57,657 nt of DNA, taken from the IMG/VR virus record IMGVR_UViG_3300003332_000022, positions 1 to 57,657 of that record, one strand, 5' to 3'. The position numbers were made by a program, and so were the translations under genes. The notes below the pieces were generated by a model, which worked only from the letters and a program-made list of their open reading frames with translations, ran no database searches and had not been told where the DNA came from. Shown piece after piece: positions 36,644 to 46,416 of this stretch. Position 1 is the stretch's first letter, and the number at the start of each line of letters is the position of its first letter. This DNA comes from a virus. Taxonomy: Duplodnaviria > Caudoviricetes.

Positions 36644-37747
36644 GTGATTAAAGTTGAAATCAGAGATCCAAAAACAAAAAGGTCAGCAGTAGTAATTAAT
36701 GGCAATGAGGAAATTAATGCCCTTGTTACAGCTACAAGACCATTAAAGACTTTTGTCAATGATCTTAGATATTTTATAAATGAGGATTATGGGGCAGCTA
36801 TGAATCAAGATGCCTCAGTTGGTGGTACACCAGAGAAAGTACATGATGGAACTGATTCAGCTTTATGGAACGCCACTGATATTGTTGGTGGAGGAAGGAC
36901 AACATTTAATTCAGCTGATCAGAACCATACAGCGGCAGGTGCTAAGTCTGTAAAGGTTGATGATGCCCCTGTAGGAGATGTTTTCCAATTTGATAAGGGT
37001 GCTGATTTAGATTGCAATGGGTATGTATCTTTGTCTCTATGGATTTATGTAGACAAAAACTGGAAACTTGGTGACTCAGTATCTATCTATGGTTGGGATA
37101 CTGGAACAGGCTTACAAGTTGGTACTGAAGTATTTTTAGAAGATTATTTTAACTGGGCAAGTTATGATGAGTGGCAGAAAATTAGTATTCCACTAATTGA
37201 TTTTGGAGACTTGTCTGAGTATACTACTTTAGATGCTTTAAGGATAAGGCAAGTAGCAGATGAAGGGAAAGCACCAAAATATTACCTGGATGATATACAA
37301 TTTGAAGAAACGGGTGATCCAATTAAATTTTCTATTAAACCTGAACTTGGTACTTGGCTTCATGTTAGCAGTCTACAGATGCAAATGGCAGATGCTTATA
37401 CAGGAGTATTGGCTGATTCAACTATGCTTAAAATACCCTACAATGGTTTTTTAGGATTGAGTAAATTGATAACTGGAATTCTTTATAAAAGAGAAACTGC
37501 TGGCAAAATAGTAATTACCAATATTCTGAAGCAATTTTTAGATTTTATGGCATTAACAAAAGCCAAAATAACAGGTTCAGGTTCTGATGGAACAAATACT
37601 TGGGTTACTATGGAGACTATCTTTACTGAACCAGTTGTTCTAAAATCTGAAGATGATGATGAAATGTCACTTACTCTCAATGATGACATGAGCGAGTTAT
37701 TAGAATTCAGAGTTGGGGCAGGGTGTAAAATTGAACAGAGATGTTAA
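36644..37747 (+). CDS. Putative virion protein with a carbohydrate-binding-like jelly-roll
   Basis: GAKSVKVD...YVSLSLWIYV...WQKISIPL.DF...YLDDIQF, a galactose-binding/CBM-like pattern. Confidence 0.55.
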   Translation: MIKVEIRDPKTKRSAVVINGNEEINALVTATRPLKTFVNDLRYFINEDYGAAMNQDASVGGTPEKVHDGTDSALWNATDIVGGGRTTFNSADQNHTAAGAKSVKVDDAPVGDVFQFDKGADLDCNGYVSLSLWIYVDKNWKLGDSVSIYGWDTGTGLQVGTEVFLEDYFNWASYDEWQKISIPLIDFGDLSEYTTLDALRIRQVADEGKAPKYYLDDIQFEETGDPIKFSIKPELGTWLHVSSLQMQMADAYTGVLADSTMLKIPYNGFLGLSKLITGILYKRETAGKIVITNILKQFLDFMALTKAKITGSGSDGTNTWVTMETIFTEPVVLKSEDDDEMSLTLNDDMSELLEFRVGAGCKIEQRC

Positions 37748-37771
37748 TGTTAATTATTTGGGGTTTAAATA

Positions 37772-38050
37772 ATGCAAAATCATAGGCTACCAGATCATTT
37801 GATCCAAAATCACGAACAGCATTTCAGAGATATTTTTTCTAAATTAAATAAATTAATACCTGCTACTACATTAATATCAGCAGCCACGATAATGATAGCT
37901 TTATGGGGGATTTTATTTGGGCTCTTGTATGCTGATATATCTGATGTCAAAAAACAAGCTGCTAAAGATAGAATTGAAGTTGTCAGAGAATTAGGTGAAA
38001 TAAAAACATTAATAGCAGGCTTAAAAAATCCAAAACAAAATCTTAACTAA
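37772..38050 (+). CDS. Small membrane protein (possible lysis accessory)
   Basis: One TM helix followed by a coiled coil; last late gene. Confidence 0.55.
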   Translation: MQNHRLPDHLIQNHEQHFRDIFSKLNKLIPATTLISAATIMIALWGILFGLLYADISDVKKQAAKDRIEVVRELGEIKTLIAGLKNPKQNLN

Positions 38051-38504
38051 CTGCTATCATTAATGCCTCTGCTCTATCCACATCTTTCTTCCGCTTTAAT
38101 TGAGGAAGTAAGTCTGGATACATTTTCAATACAGCCAGCCTAGACATATCCTTTGGCATATTGATCAATCCAAATTTCTTCTTCCACTGGGTTGGCCTAA
38201 CCATCCTTGGTTCATATCCTGATAATCTTATCACATTAAAAGCGGTATAAAAAGCTCCAGCAAAAACCCAAGCTACTGATTTGCCATCAGTAGGCATGAC
38301 TCCAACTATCTCCATCGTTACTGATTCTATTTCATGGGGGCAATTCTTAATTAAATTATACAGTTTTACTGAATCAACCATTCTATGATATTTAGAAGCA
38401 ACAGCCCAAGGTATTTCCATAACTGGCATATCAAATAATTTTATTTTTTTATCACTTACGAAAGCAATTGCCCCATTCAAACCTGGGTCTATTCCAATTT
38501 TCAT
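38043..38504 (-). CDS. ruvC: RuvC-like Holliday junction resolvase
   Basis: IGIDPGLNGAIA, VTME, VRPTQWKK, DRAEALMIA. Confidence 0.85.
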   Translation of the reverse strand: MKIGIDPGLNGAIAFVSDKKIKLFDMPVMEIPWAVASKYHRMVDSVKLYNLIKNCPHEIESVTMEIVGVMPTDGKSVAWVFAGAFYTAFNVIRLSGYEPRMVRPTQWKKKFGLINMPKDMSRLAVLKMYPDLLPQLKRKKDVDRAEALMIAVS

Positions 38505-38554
38505 ATTTTCTCCTTAATATCCTTTTTAAATTCTTATATAGTTAAAATACAGAT

Positions 38555-38661
38555 CGTTTAAAGGGGGTTAAAAAGCTGATTAAGGGCTTACCCTATATAT
38601 TAGGTAGTCTATAAAGTTAAATCCCTTTAACAGCCTTTTTATTATAAGTTACTGAAATTAC
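38555..38661. repeat. Dispersed intergenic element, copy 3
   Basis: CGTTTAAAGGGGG, TACCCTATA 25 nt after the TTTAAAG, then ATCCCTTTAACAGC and TAAGTTACTGAAATTAC. Confidence 0.7.
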
Positions 38662-38663
38662 TA

Positions 38664-39872
38664 CTAATCAAAATTAGGCTCGCTTTTATCTAATCTCCAG
38701 CCTTTAAATCTAGGTTGTCTCATAGAACCAGCTTTTGTTTTTTCTTTGTATTCAAACTCTCCAATTAATCCTGTATAGTGTTCTGGAGCTTCCCAGAATT
38801 TCTTTCTATCTGAATCTGTGAATCCTGTTCCAACTTTTACTTGGTGTCCATCAAAATCTACATATATCCCACCTGCTGAATTTTCATATTTACCTTTCCC
38901 TTCAAATACTCCAGTACAAATACAATCAGCAGTTTTTATAGGAACAAGTCTCCACCAAATTCTTTTATCCTCATATGCTCCATCTCTTGGGCAAGCAACA
39001 ATTCCTTCAAAGCCTTGATCTAAAGCAGATTGATAATACTCCATCAATTCTTCTTCATTGTCGACAACATTTTGCTTTACAATCTGTATTGGGCAATTTG
39101 CTTTGACTGGCAGCAAGTGTTGATTCATTGTCAAATATCTTTCATATTTTCCCCCTCGTAAATCTCCATCGAAAACCATATAAACCGCTTCTGGTACTGG
39201 ATCCAGATTTCTGATTAAACCACTCGCTGAATCAAATATGCTACCTGGAACAACTATCTCGCCATCTACATCAAAAGGAATCTTTTCTAATAATGCTTCG
39301 ATATGATCCATTCCATTTATCTTTTTATATGATCGAGAAAAGATTTCTCCAGATATTGAACGCCCACGTACTCCATCATATTTAATAGAAACCAGAAGTG
39401 GATAAACCGCTTTATTTGGAGGAAACGTTTTACAAAGCGGAATAGCTGGTTTGTCTGTTCCTCCATTTTTAAATGTAGGAATTAGGCCTGGCCAAACTTT
39501 GTTGATAGATCTAATGTGAATACCTAATTTTAAATCTTTATTTATTATTCCTTGAAATAACTTAGACTGATCTTCTGTCAATTGAACTAAATAATCAGAA
39601 ATAGTTTCATTCGCTAAATTACCAGATAAATTTCTTTTTGATAATTCTTCTAGTATGACTTTGGCATTTCCTTCTAAAGAACCATCTTCATTATGGCAAG
39701 TAAAGCCAGTACCACAACCTGTAGAAAGATTAGGAGCTGTTATATAATATTTCTTATGAGGATTATAAGTCCACTCCAAAATTTCTTTCAACTCTGGGCT
39801 TTTTGAAAGCAAAGCAATTTTGGCATTTCCTGAAGCTTTTCTTATCCTATCTAACTTGTTTATTATTTCCAT
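38664..39872 (-). CDS. ATP-dependent DNA ligase
   Basis: KYDGVR motif I, DGEI, FEGIV, VKVGTGFTD..R, RQPRF...R.DK. Confidence 0.9.
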   Translation of the reverse strand: MEIINKLDRIRKASGNAKIALLSKSPELKEILEWTYNPHKKYYITAPNLSTGCGTGFTCHNEDGSLEGNAKVILEELSKRNLSGNLANETISDYLVQLTEDQSKLFQGIINKDLKLGIHIRSINKVWPGLIPTFKNGGTDKPAIPLCKTFPPNKAVYPLLVSIKYDGVRGRSISGEIFSRSYKKINGMDHIEALLEKIPFDVDGEIVVPGSIFDSASGLIRNLDPVPEAVYMVFDGDLRGGKYERYLTMNQHLLPVKANCPIQIVKQNVVDNEEELMEYYQSALDQGFEGIVACPRDGAYEDKRIWWRLVPIKTADCICTGVFEGKGKYENSAGGIYVDFDGHQVKVGTGFTDSDRKKFWEAPEHYTGLIGEFEYKEKTKAGSMRQPRFKGWRLDKSEPNFD

Positions 39873-40125
39873 CTATCTCCTTTTTGAAAATAAGTTTAGT
39901 AAATAGTTTACCATTTTCTTTATCAATTTTTGCATCAATAGCATAATCATCTAAAACTGGATACCTCCTACCAAATTTCTTGAATGTTGAATCTAATGTA
40001 CTCATTACTCTTTTATAATACAACTTACCCATTGGTAGCTTTTTTAATTTTCTTTTGAACTCTTCTTCTATCTCAGCATATATACTGGTTACTGATTTTT
40101 CAATTTTTGGTTTTCTGCCCATCAT
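39847..40125 (-). CDS. Hypothetical basic protein
   Basis: Coupled ORF between dnaE and the ligase gene. Confidence 0.55.
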   Translation of the reverse strand: MMGRKPKIEKSVTSIYAEIEEEFKRKLKKLPMGKLYYKRVMSTLDSTFKKFGRRYPVLDDYAIDAKIDKENGKLFTKLIFKKEIDGNNKQVR

Positions 40126-42953
40126 TCCTCTCTGGTGATTTTCATTATATTCTGAACAAACATTATATTCCAGCCATTAATTTTTTTGCCATATGCCATA
40201 TACCAGTCACGATTTTCTTTACCTGTTTCTGCTATATCCTTACCTATCCTGTTGTAATCTTCTTTTTTGATCTTAACCATCATAGAGTCTGTATCATCCT
40301 CCAATGTAATATTAAGCCAAGCAGTCTGGCCAGTTTCATACTTACCACCACGTTCTGTTACAAAGCAAGCTTCATTTGCATCTCTCAAGTTCTTTTTTAT
40401 CATACAACCAATAACTGTATGGTATCCATCGTGATCGGCGTCTTTTATATGGGTAGCTGGATTATTAAGATTATTGCTAGCTGGATCTGTATAATAATCT
40501 CCATATATTTCTCTCCCAGGATACAAATATTTAAAAGGGCTTTTTGCTTTTTTAATAATAGCTTTCATTCCAGCAGGTAATGGTTCCCTATCTCTTCTCA
40601 ATTTGATAAACTGGTTAGCTTTCTTAACAGCCATACCATGTAATGTTTTTATACCTCCATATAAAATTCCATCTTTAACACCCCAATTAGCTTCAGATTT
40701 AAATTTATCAAAGTGCTTATAAACCACGCCATCATTCTCTATAGCATCCCGCAGGATCTTAACAGCGGATTGATCAGATCTTGCGTGGTTTAAACAAGCT
40801 ACTACAAACTCCATAGGGTAATTCCCTTTCATATATGCGCAAAGATAAGAAATTAAGGCATATGCTACAGCGTGGGATTGATTAAAGCCGTAGCTGCCGA
40901 ACGTCAATATGCCGCCCCATACTACTTTTGCCTCATCTTCAGAGCTGCCATTCTTTATAGCCCCAGCAAGGAATTTTTCTCTATACTGCCCAAAAAACTC
41001 CTCTCCATAAGACTTTGACATAGCACGTCTTAGTGTATCTAAGTCTTTCCAAGATAGTCTGCCATATTCTCTACCAATAGTCATTATTTGTTCTTGGTAA
41101 ATTATAGTTCCATAGGTTTTTTTAGTTGCTTTAATAATAGCTGGGTGATCCGCTAAATACTTTGGTTTTTCTTTTCCTGTTCTAAATTTAATAAACCTGT
41201 TTGCCCCTCCAGAGTTTAATGGGCCAGGTCTACCAAGAGCTGTTAAAGCAGTTATATCATCGATATGCTCAACTGGCATATTCTTAGCAAGTCCCTTAAT
41301 TGCTGGGCCTTCAAACTGAAATATTCCATTATACCTGTGATCATTAAAGACATCATACGCTTTTTGATCATCTAATGGGATCTCGTATAACCAATCATAT
41401 GGTTTTCCTATCTGATCGCAAACAGTAGCAAGTATAGATAATGTTCTAAGACCAAGAGCGTCAATTTTTAATAAGTTAATGCTTTCAGCATCTTTCTTAT
41501 CAAGCATAGCAATTCGCTTATTATCTCTACAATTAACTCCAGCATAATCAGTTATTGGCCTATTACAAACTAATATTCCTGCTGCGTGAATTCCAGTATG
41601 CAGTGCGTGTGATTCGATTTTACTAACAACTCCCATTTGAGGATACTTCTCAATAAATCTTTTCCCAATATCTGTATCTTTGATAGTATCTTCTATACAA
41701 AACTTAGATCTAGCATCGCCTCCAGACCTATCCATAATAGCATCCTTCAATTCTTCCACTTCTCCTATTGGGATATTTAATGATTTAGCAAAGCGGGTTA
41801 TAGCTGATTTTGCTTTCATTCTATTTATATTTCCAATCTGAGCTACGCATTCTGGCCCATATTTTTTAGATAAATATTTCAAGCACATATGCCGTTTATC
41901 ATCCTGGAAATCTATATCAATATCAGGAAGATCAAAGCGGTTAACATCAATAAAACGCTCAAAATAAAGATCATATTCCAAAGGGTCAATTTCGGTAATT
42001 CCCATAAGATAACAAACAAGAGAACCAGCAGAAGAACCACGAGAAGGTCCAACTGCCATCTTGGTCTTGGCATATCTGATAAGATCAGCAACAACGAGAA
42101 AATAATCAACATAATCCTTGCTATTGATAAGCTTGATTTCTCTTTCATATCTCTCCTTGTATTTACCATCATTCCAGATATCAATACCATGCTTTTTAGC
42201 TCCTTGCTCACACCAATGAGCCATATCATCTGAACCAATATACTGAACCATTGGCGCATTTGGAAGTTCCACATTACAATGTTTTGATAGCTTTTCTAAG
42301 TTAGATAAAGCCTTTTTCCTATTTGGGAAATGAGATTCCCAATCTTCTTTAGACCAGATATGTAATGGGTATGATTTACTTTCCCATAATCTGTTATCAG
42401 CAAAAGGTTCATATATCTTTTTATCATCTACTTCAGGGTAGTAATTATCAATGCATGCAATTTCTGGCATCTTATTAGGGTTATTATCCCATTGAGAGAA
42501 AGGTATATTTGGACCTAACTCCTTGAAAACAAACCGCTTTATAAGATCCCATCTAGGTGCCACGCCAGATAATATTGCTACATCTGAAGATAATTCATTT
42601 ATTTGGTGGTAAGAAATTCTTGGGGTATAATAGAATTGTTTGTGAGCTACATCTATTAAATAATAAATCTCTTGAAGACCTTTGGAAGTTTTTGCTATAA
42701 AAGTCATTTGGTTAAAAGCAATCCTTCTTTCCTTTAATAAAGCATCTTCATATACAGGAAGTTTTACTCCATATATTGGTTTGATCCCTGCGGCTTTACA
42801 AGCCTTTCTCCAAGGCAAGTGGCCAAAAGTATTATTTGTATCTGCTATCCCTGCTGATTTACCTCCTAAAGATGCGCATTTTTTAGCTACATCATCTATG
42901 TGACCAAAAACACCCTTGAATGTGAATTCGGTTTTTAGACTAATCCAAGTCAT
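40122..42953 (-). CDS. dnaE: DNA polymerase III alpha subunit (family C)
   Basis: GPSRGSSAGSLV.Y, FERF, PDIDIDF, HAAG, LKIDALGL, FQFE, RPGP, YQEQ, YGFN.SHA.AY; start set at MTWISLKTEF (42953). Confidence 0.95.
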   Translation of the reverse strand: MTWISLKTEFTFKGVFGHIDDVAKKCASLGGKSAGIADTNNTFGHLPWRKACKAAGIKPIYGVKLPVYEDALLKERRIAFNQMTFIAKTSKGLQEIYYLIDVAHKQFYYTPRISYHQINELSSDVAILSGVAPRWDLIKRFVFKELGPNIPFSQWDNNPNKMPEIACIDNYYPEVDDKKIYEPFADNRLWESKSYPLHIWSKEDWESHFPNRKKALSNLEKLSKHCNVELPNAPMVQYIGSDDMAHWCEQGAKKHGIDIWNDGKYKERYEREIKLINSKDYVDYFLVVADLIRYAKTKMAVGPSRGSSAGSLVCYLMGITEIDPLEYDLYFERFIDVNRFDLPDIDIDFQDDKRHMCLKYLSKKYGPECVAQIGNINRMKAKSAITRFAKSLNIPIGEVEELKDAIMDRSGGDARSKFCIEDTIKDTDIGKRFIEKYPQMGVVSKIESHALHTGIHAAGILVCNRPITDYAGVNCRDNKRIAMLDKKDAESINLLKIDALGLRTLSILATVCDQIGKPYDWLYEIPLDDQKAYDVFNDHRYNGIFQFEGPAIKGLAKNMPVEHIDDITALTALGRPGPLNSGGANRFIKFRTGKEKPKYLADHPAIIKATKKTYGTIIYQEQIMTIGREYGRLSWKDLDTLRRAMSKSYGEEFFGQYREKFLAGAIKNGSSEDEAKVVWGGILTFGSYGFNQSHAVAYALISYLCAYMKGNYPMEFVVACLNHARSDQSAVKILRDAIENDGVVYKHFDKFKSEANWGVKDGILYGGIKTLHGMAVKKANQFIKLRRDREPLPAGMKAIIKKAKSPFKYLYPGREIYGDYYTDPASNNLNNPATHIKDADHDGYHTVIGCMIKKNLRDANEACFVTERGGKYETGQTAWLNITLEDDTDSMMVKIKKEDYNRIGKDIAETGKENRDWYMAYGKKINGWNIMFVQNIMKITREE

Positions 42954-43425
42954 GGAACCTCTTTTTATGAGATATAGACATTTTGCTCTTTGATCCATTA
43001 GAATGTTTTTTCCCATACATTCCATTGTTTGCACCAGCTGTTTTTATAGAAATTTTCCTTTTTGTTTCATCTGAATGCTTTTTACCATTCATACCTACAT
43101 GTCTTCCTTTGTTTACACTATCTTTTGCATTATCTTTATGAGTGCCTAAAAATAAATGATCAGGATTGCAACAAGAAGGATTATCACAGCTATGACACAC
43201 CAATAAATTCTGATCAATATTATTGTTAGCTATATAATAAGCAACTCTGTGAGCACCTTTTATTATGGCGCCATCAATAGTGGTAATTTGATATGTACCA
43301 TAGCCTGCTTTATTTTTTTTTCCTAAAAATGGCATACATCCATTTTCATCTTCTTTTCCCATTAACTTGTAAAAATCAGCAATTCTTTTTTTGTTGAATT
43401 CTTTATAATATTCATCAGATGACAT
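42940..43425 (-). CDS. Free-standing HNH homing endonuclease with NUMOD3 repeats
   Basis: AHRVAY, VCHSCDNPSCCNPDHLFLGTHKDN, two GKKHS..TK/SK repeats. Confidence 0.9.
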   Translation of the reverse strand: MSSDEYYKEFNKKRIADFYKLMGKEDENGCMPFLGKKNKAGYGTYQITTIDGAIIKGAHRVAYYIANNNIDQNLLVCHSCDNPSCCNPDHLFLGTHKDNAKDSVNKGRHVGMNGKKHSDETKRKISIKTAGANNGMYGKKHSNGSKSKMSISHKKRFHDLD

Positions 43426-43426
43426 A

Positions 43427-43928
43427 TTATTCCTTTATGAGTTGAGTTAACAATACAAGATTTCTATGAGCTATTCCACAAATCATATTGAAGCCAATTC
43501 CCATTTTCCACTCGATTTGGTTTTTGTTATAATATTTATTCTTAAATAAAGTCTTGTATGTTTCCTCGGTGAAAAAATGCTTATGATCTAAATCTTGAAA
43601 TGCTATATCTGATCCTCCATAAGGAACTGCTATAAACATTATTCCTCCTGGTTCTAATACTCGCTGGCATTCCAGAAGAACCTTAACAGGCTCCATACAA
43701 TGCTCAAGAAAATGGAAAGCAAAAATCTCAGCTATTGATCCATCATCATAAGGAATATGAGTCAGCGTCATATTCAGGGAGGTCAAGCGGTATTGTACCT
43801 GGTATCTTTTTATTACCTGCTCCAAGATTTAAAGATGGTTTTGGTATCTCATTAGAATGGACTGGTTCTAATTCAGGTACATGTCTGTCCATAGCTAATT
43901 TAAAAAATTCTTGAAATGTTAAATCCAT
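43427..43928 (-). pseudogene. Class I SAM-dependent methyltransferase split by a frameshift near 43760
   Basis: LNLGAG...LDLPEYDAD in ORF 43928-43746 continues as IPYDDGS...HFLEH...ECQRVL.PGG in another frame. Confidence 0.75.
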
Positions 43929-44488
43929 TATTTATTTCTCCTTTGTGATTTTAACCATTTATAAGATTCCCAAGTAGCTAAAACATCAGCCTTAGCTTGG
44001 TGAGCATTAATTATTTCTTTACCTGTAGCCAATTTATATAACTCTGAATTTTTGAGCCTATACCCTTTTAAATGCATTGACTGCTCAACTGTACAGAAAC
44101 TGATTGGAGGATAAGGAAAATGAAATTCTTTACCAATCCGTTTTAATTCATTTATTAGCATTCCTCTATCAAAAGTTTCGTTGTGAGCAACAGAGGAATG
44201 ACTGCCAAAAAATACATCAGCTACTTCTCTATAAACCTCTACAAATGTTGGAGAGTCTTTTACATCATTATTTGATATACCATTTATCTTAGTAATAAAC
44301 TCTGGTATTGGAATAGGTGGTTTGATCAAAGTATTTAATTCTAAAAGAATTTTCCCATTACCATCTACCTGTATTGCGTATATCTCTATAATATGAGGCT
44401 GGATAGCTTCATCATTTCCTTCTGGTTTCAAGAGTCCAGTCGTTTCCGTATCCCAAACTGTTACTATATCATCTATAGGATCTATCAT
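43928..44488 (-). CDS. dnaQ: DEDDh 3'-5' exonuclease (Pol III epsilon-like)
   Basis: WDTETTG, VAHN..FD, AHQAKADV. Confidence 0.88.
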   Translation of the reverse strand: MIDPIDDIVTVWDTETTGLLKPEGNDEAIQPHIIEIYAIQVDGNGKILLELNTLIKPPIPIPEFITKINGISNNDVKDSPTFVEVYREVADVFFGSHSSVAHNETFDRGMLINELKRIGKEFHFPYPPISFCTVEQSMHLKGYRLKNSELYKLATGKEIINAHQAKADVLATWESYKWLKSQRRNK

Positions 44489-45246
44489 AATAGCTCCTTA
44501 TCTATATGCTGCAACATCATAGAATAAACAGATAAATCATCAAGGCTATCTTCATGCCCTTTGCTAAAGTTCAAACTATATCTATGAAGCTTAGCAGCCA
44601 TCATAACAATAATACTGAATCTTTGAAAATCAGCTTTTGTTTTTAAAGTTAATCCATCAGGGAATAATCCTTTCATTACTGGCCCAAACTTTTTATATGA
44701 GTCTCCATAAACGGGATTTCTGGATTTAAATAGATCAGCTGCATCACTCAAAAGTTGGTCTGGAGTTTTAGCATCCTTCACCAGAACAGCTTGCTTTTTA
44801 CTACCAATAATATCACCAACACATAAAGTCCTAACTCCATTTTCTCTATACATTTGGCAAACATCTTCTCTATCATCTATAGCAAAGTGTATTTCTCTTC
44901 CAAAATCCTTAATGCTCTTTAAATGAAGATATTTCAAATTTGGACTACTTAAACTCATTTGATCCATATTCCTCATATATAAAGAAGATATATCAAACTC
45001 TAATTCTCCCAAAATCCAATTCCAAGTTTTATCTTTCACATAGATAGGTCTTGCTGTAGAACCTACTATTTCATATTTGTGTGAAAGAGATTCTACTATT
45101 TCTACTACATGTTCTATTGGTTTATCTTTATCGCAAGATTCATGAAACTTCTCCCAAGTTCCTCCATTACTTGGAATGAATTTATTCCTCCATTTAGAGT
45201 CAGATACAGTTCCATCGAGATCTATTATAATAACCTTTTTATTCAT
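44485..45246 (-). CDS. HAD phosphatase (PNKP-type) fused to a helical nucleotide-modification-associated/pyrophosphohydrolase-like domain
   Basis: IIDLDGT, STARP, LYMR, IDDR; C-terminal RNPVYGDSY...KLHRY...HEDSLDDL.VY. Confidence 0.75.
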   Translation of the reverse strand: MNKKVIIIDLDGTVSDSKWRNKFIPSNGGTWEKFHESCDKDKPIEHVVEIVESLSHKYEIVGSTARPIYVKDKTWNWILGELEFDISSLYMRNMDQMSLSSPNLKYLHLKSIKDFGREIHFAIDDREDVCQMYRENGVRTLCVGDIIGSKKQAVLVKDAKTPDQLLSDAADLFKSRNPVYGDSYKKFGPVMKGLFPDGLTLKTKADFQRFSIIVMMAAKLHRYSLNFSKGHEDSLDDLSVYSMMLQHIDKELL

Positions 45247-45266
45247 ACTTGTCTCCTATATACAAA

Positions 45267-45374
45267 CGATTTAAAGGGGGTTTAAAGGGTGTTTAACTCC
45301 TTACCCTATATCTTACTATAGGGTAATTTTATTATAAAGTAAAGGCTTGTTTTAGGCTAAGTTACTGAAATTAC
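45267..45374. repeat. Dispersed intergenic element, copy 4, overlapping a minus-strand promoter
   Basis: CGATTTAAAG-N25-TACCCTATA-N6-TATAGGGTA...TAAGTTACTGAAATTAC; TTTACT(45343-45338)-17-TATAGT(45320-45315). Confidence 0.75.
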
Positions 45375-45375
45375 A

Positions 45376-46134
45376 CTACATAGTCATCCCTTTCTCATTA
45401 GCTTTTGGAGCTGCTTGATGTGAACTATTTTCCCACTCATATTTGATCCGATCTCTTATGGTACTAGGATCAAAACAGTATTGCTGGATGGGGCATTTTG
45501 TATAAAGTGGAAATGCACATGATCCATACTTAACACAATAAACATTTAATAATGGTTCTGCCCAAGGGTGAAGTTCTAATACTTGAGCTACCATCATTTT
45601 AAAGACTTTTTGATATTCCCCTTCTGCTCTTTTACAGAGCCTCAGCTCTGCCATATGGCCTAATTCTCTAAGATGAAATTTTGACATAATCTGAGTGTGA
45701 ATACCAGTTCCTAATATTCCTCTAGCATTTTGAACATCTTCCCCTTTGTCGATCATTTCTCCGTATTTCTTTAGGCTGAAGTCAAAAGCCTCTTGATACT
45801 CTGGCATATCAGAACTAACTAAATAACCAAAATTTCTGGCATCTACTACTCTCATAGCCTGCTGTTGATAAGCAGCTTCTCTGGTTCTAATTAATTGATG
45901 AGTAAAAGCTCTTGAAACATTAGTTATGTGAAAAGTATAGTGAACAAATTCAAAACTTGACTTTATAGTATTTAACATATATTCGATATGATCTCTTTTC
46001 TCATCCATAGACATCTTTTTGACTTGCTCAAAGGTAATTCCTGGAGTTAATCTACTGCTTTTTGAAAATACTAATAAATCTACCGCATCTTGAGTATGCT
46101 GTATTAATTCAACTTTTGGCTCTAACTTTTCCAT
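45376..46134 (-). CDS. thyX: Flavin-dependent thymidylate synthase-like protein, non-canonical motif
   Basis: SSFEF..YTF.I..VSRAFTHQLIR, ARGIL, LRLC.RA..EY; signature reads RTR-x7-A instead of RHR-x7-S. Confidence 0.8.
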   Translation of the reverse strand: MEKLEPKVELIQHTQDAVDLLVFSKSSRLTPGITFEQVKKMSMDEKRDHIEYMLNTIKSSFEFVHYTFHITNVSRAFTHQLIRTREAAYQQQAMRVVDARNFGYLVSSDMPEYQEAFDFSLKKYGEMIDKGEDVQNARGILGTGIHTQIMSKFHLRELGHMAELRLCKRAEGEYQKVFKMMVAQVLELHPWAEPLLNVYCVKYGSCAFPLYTKCPIQQYCFDPSTIRDRIKYEWENSSHQAAPKANEKGMTM

Positions 46135-46143
46135 GTTTCTCCT

Positions 46144-46416
46144 TTATCGGTTTGTTCTATTAACAGATTCACAAGGCCCACCTGTTTTCTGTTTGGGCTT
46201 AAAAACATCCTCTTCAACGATTTTTAGTTGTGGCTCATCAAACCATTGGGTATCAATTGGCTTGTCATCTTTCAATTTTGATGGCTTTACTCCATAAGTA
46301 TTACAATTATTAAGCCATTGACTTCTGGAAATAACTATTCCTTCAAATCCTGTGATTTTATCTTTTACTCTGCATCCTAATGGAACTTTAAAAGTTGATT
46401 TATTTATTTGTTTCAT
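46144..46416 (-). CDS. Hypothetical phage protein
   Basis: LG.RVKD.ITGFEG.V.....L..C...WFDE..L pattern. Confidence 0.65.
   Translation of the reverse strand: MKQINKSTFKVPLGCRVKDKITGFEGIVISRSQWLNNCNTYGVKPSKLKDDKPIDTQWFDEPQLKIVEEDVFKPKQKTGGPCESVNRTNR

Noticed and set aside
42954-43034. N-terminal extension of DnaE in the ORF track
   Set aside because: Overlaps the HNH gene; the PHP domain starts at MTWISLK (42953) after an AGAGG SD.
42940-43425. HNH as part of a group I intron in dnaE
   Set aside because: The ORF abuts both neighbours, leaving no room for intron structure, and dnaE is uninterrupted.
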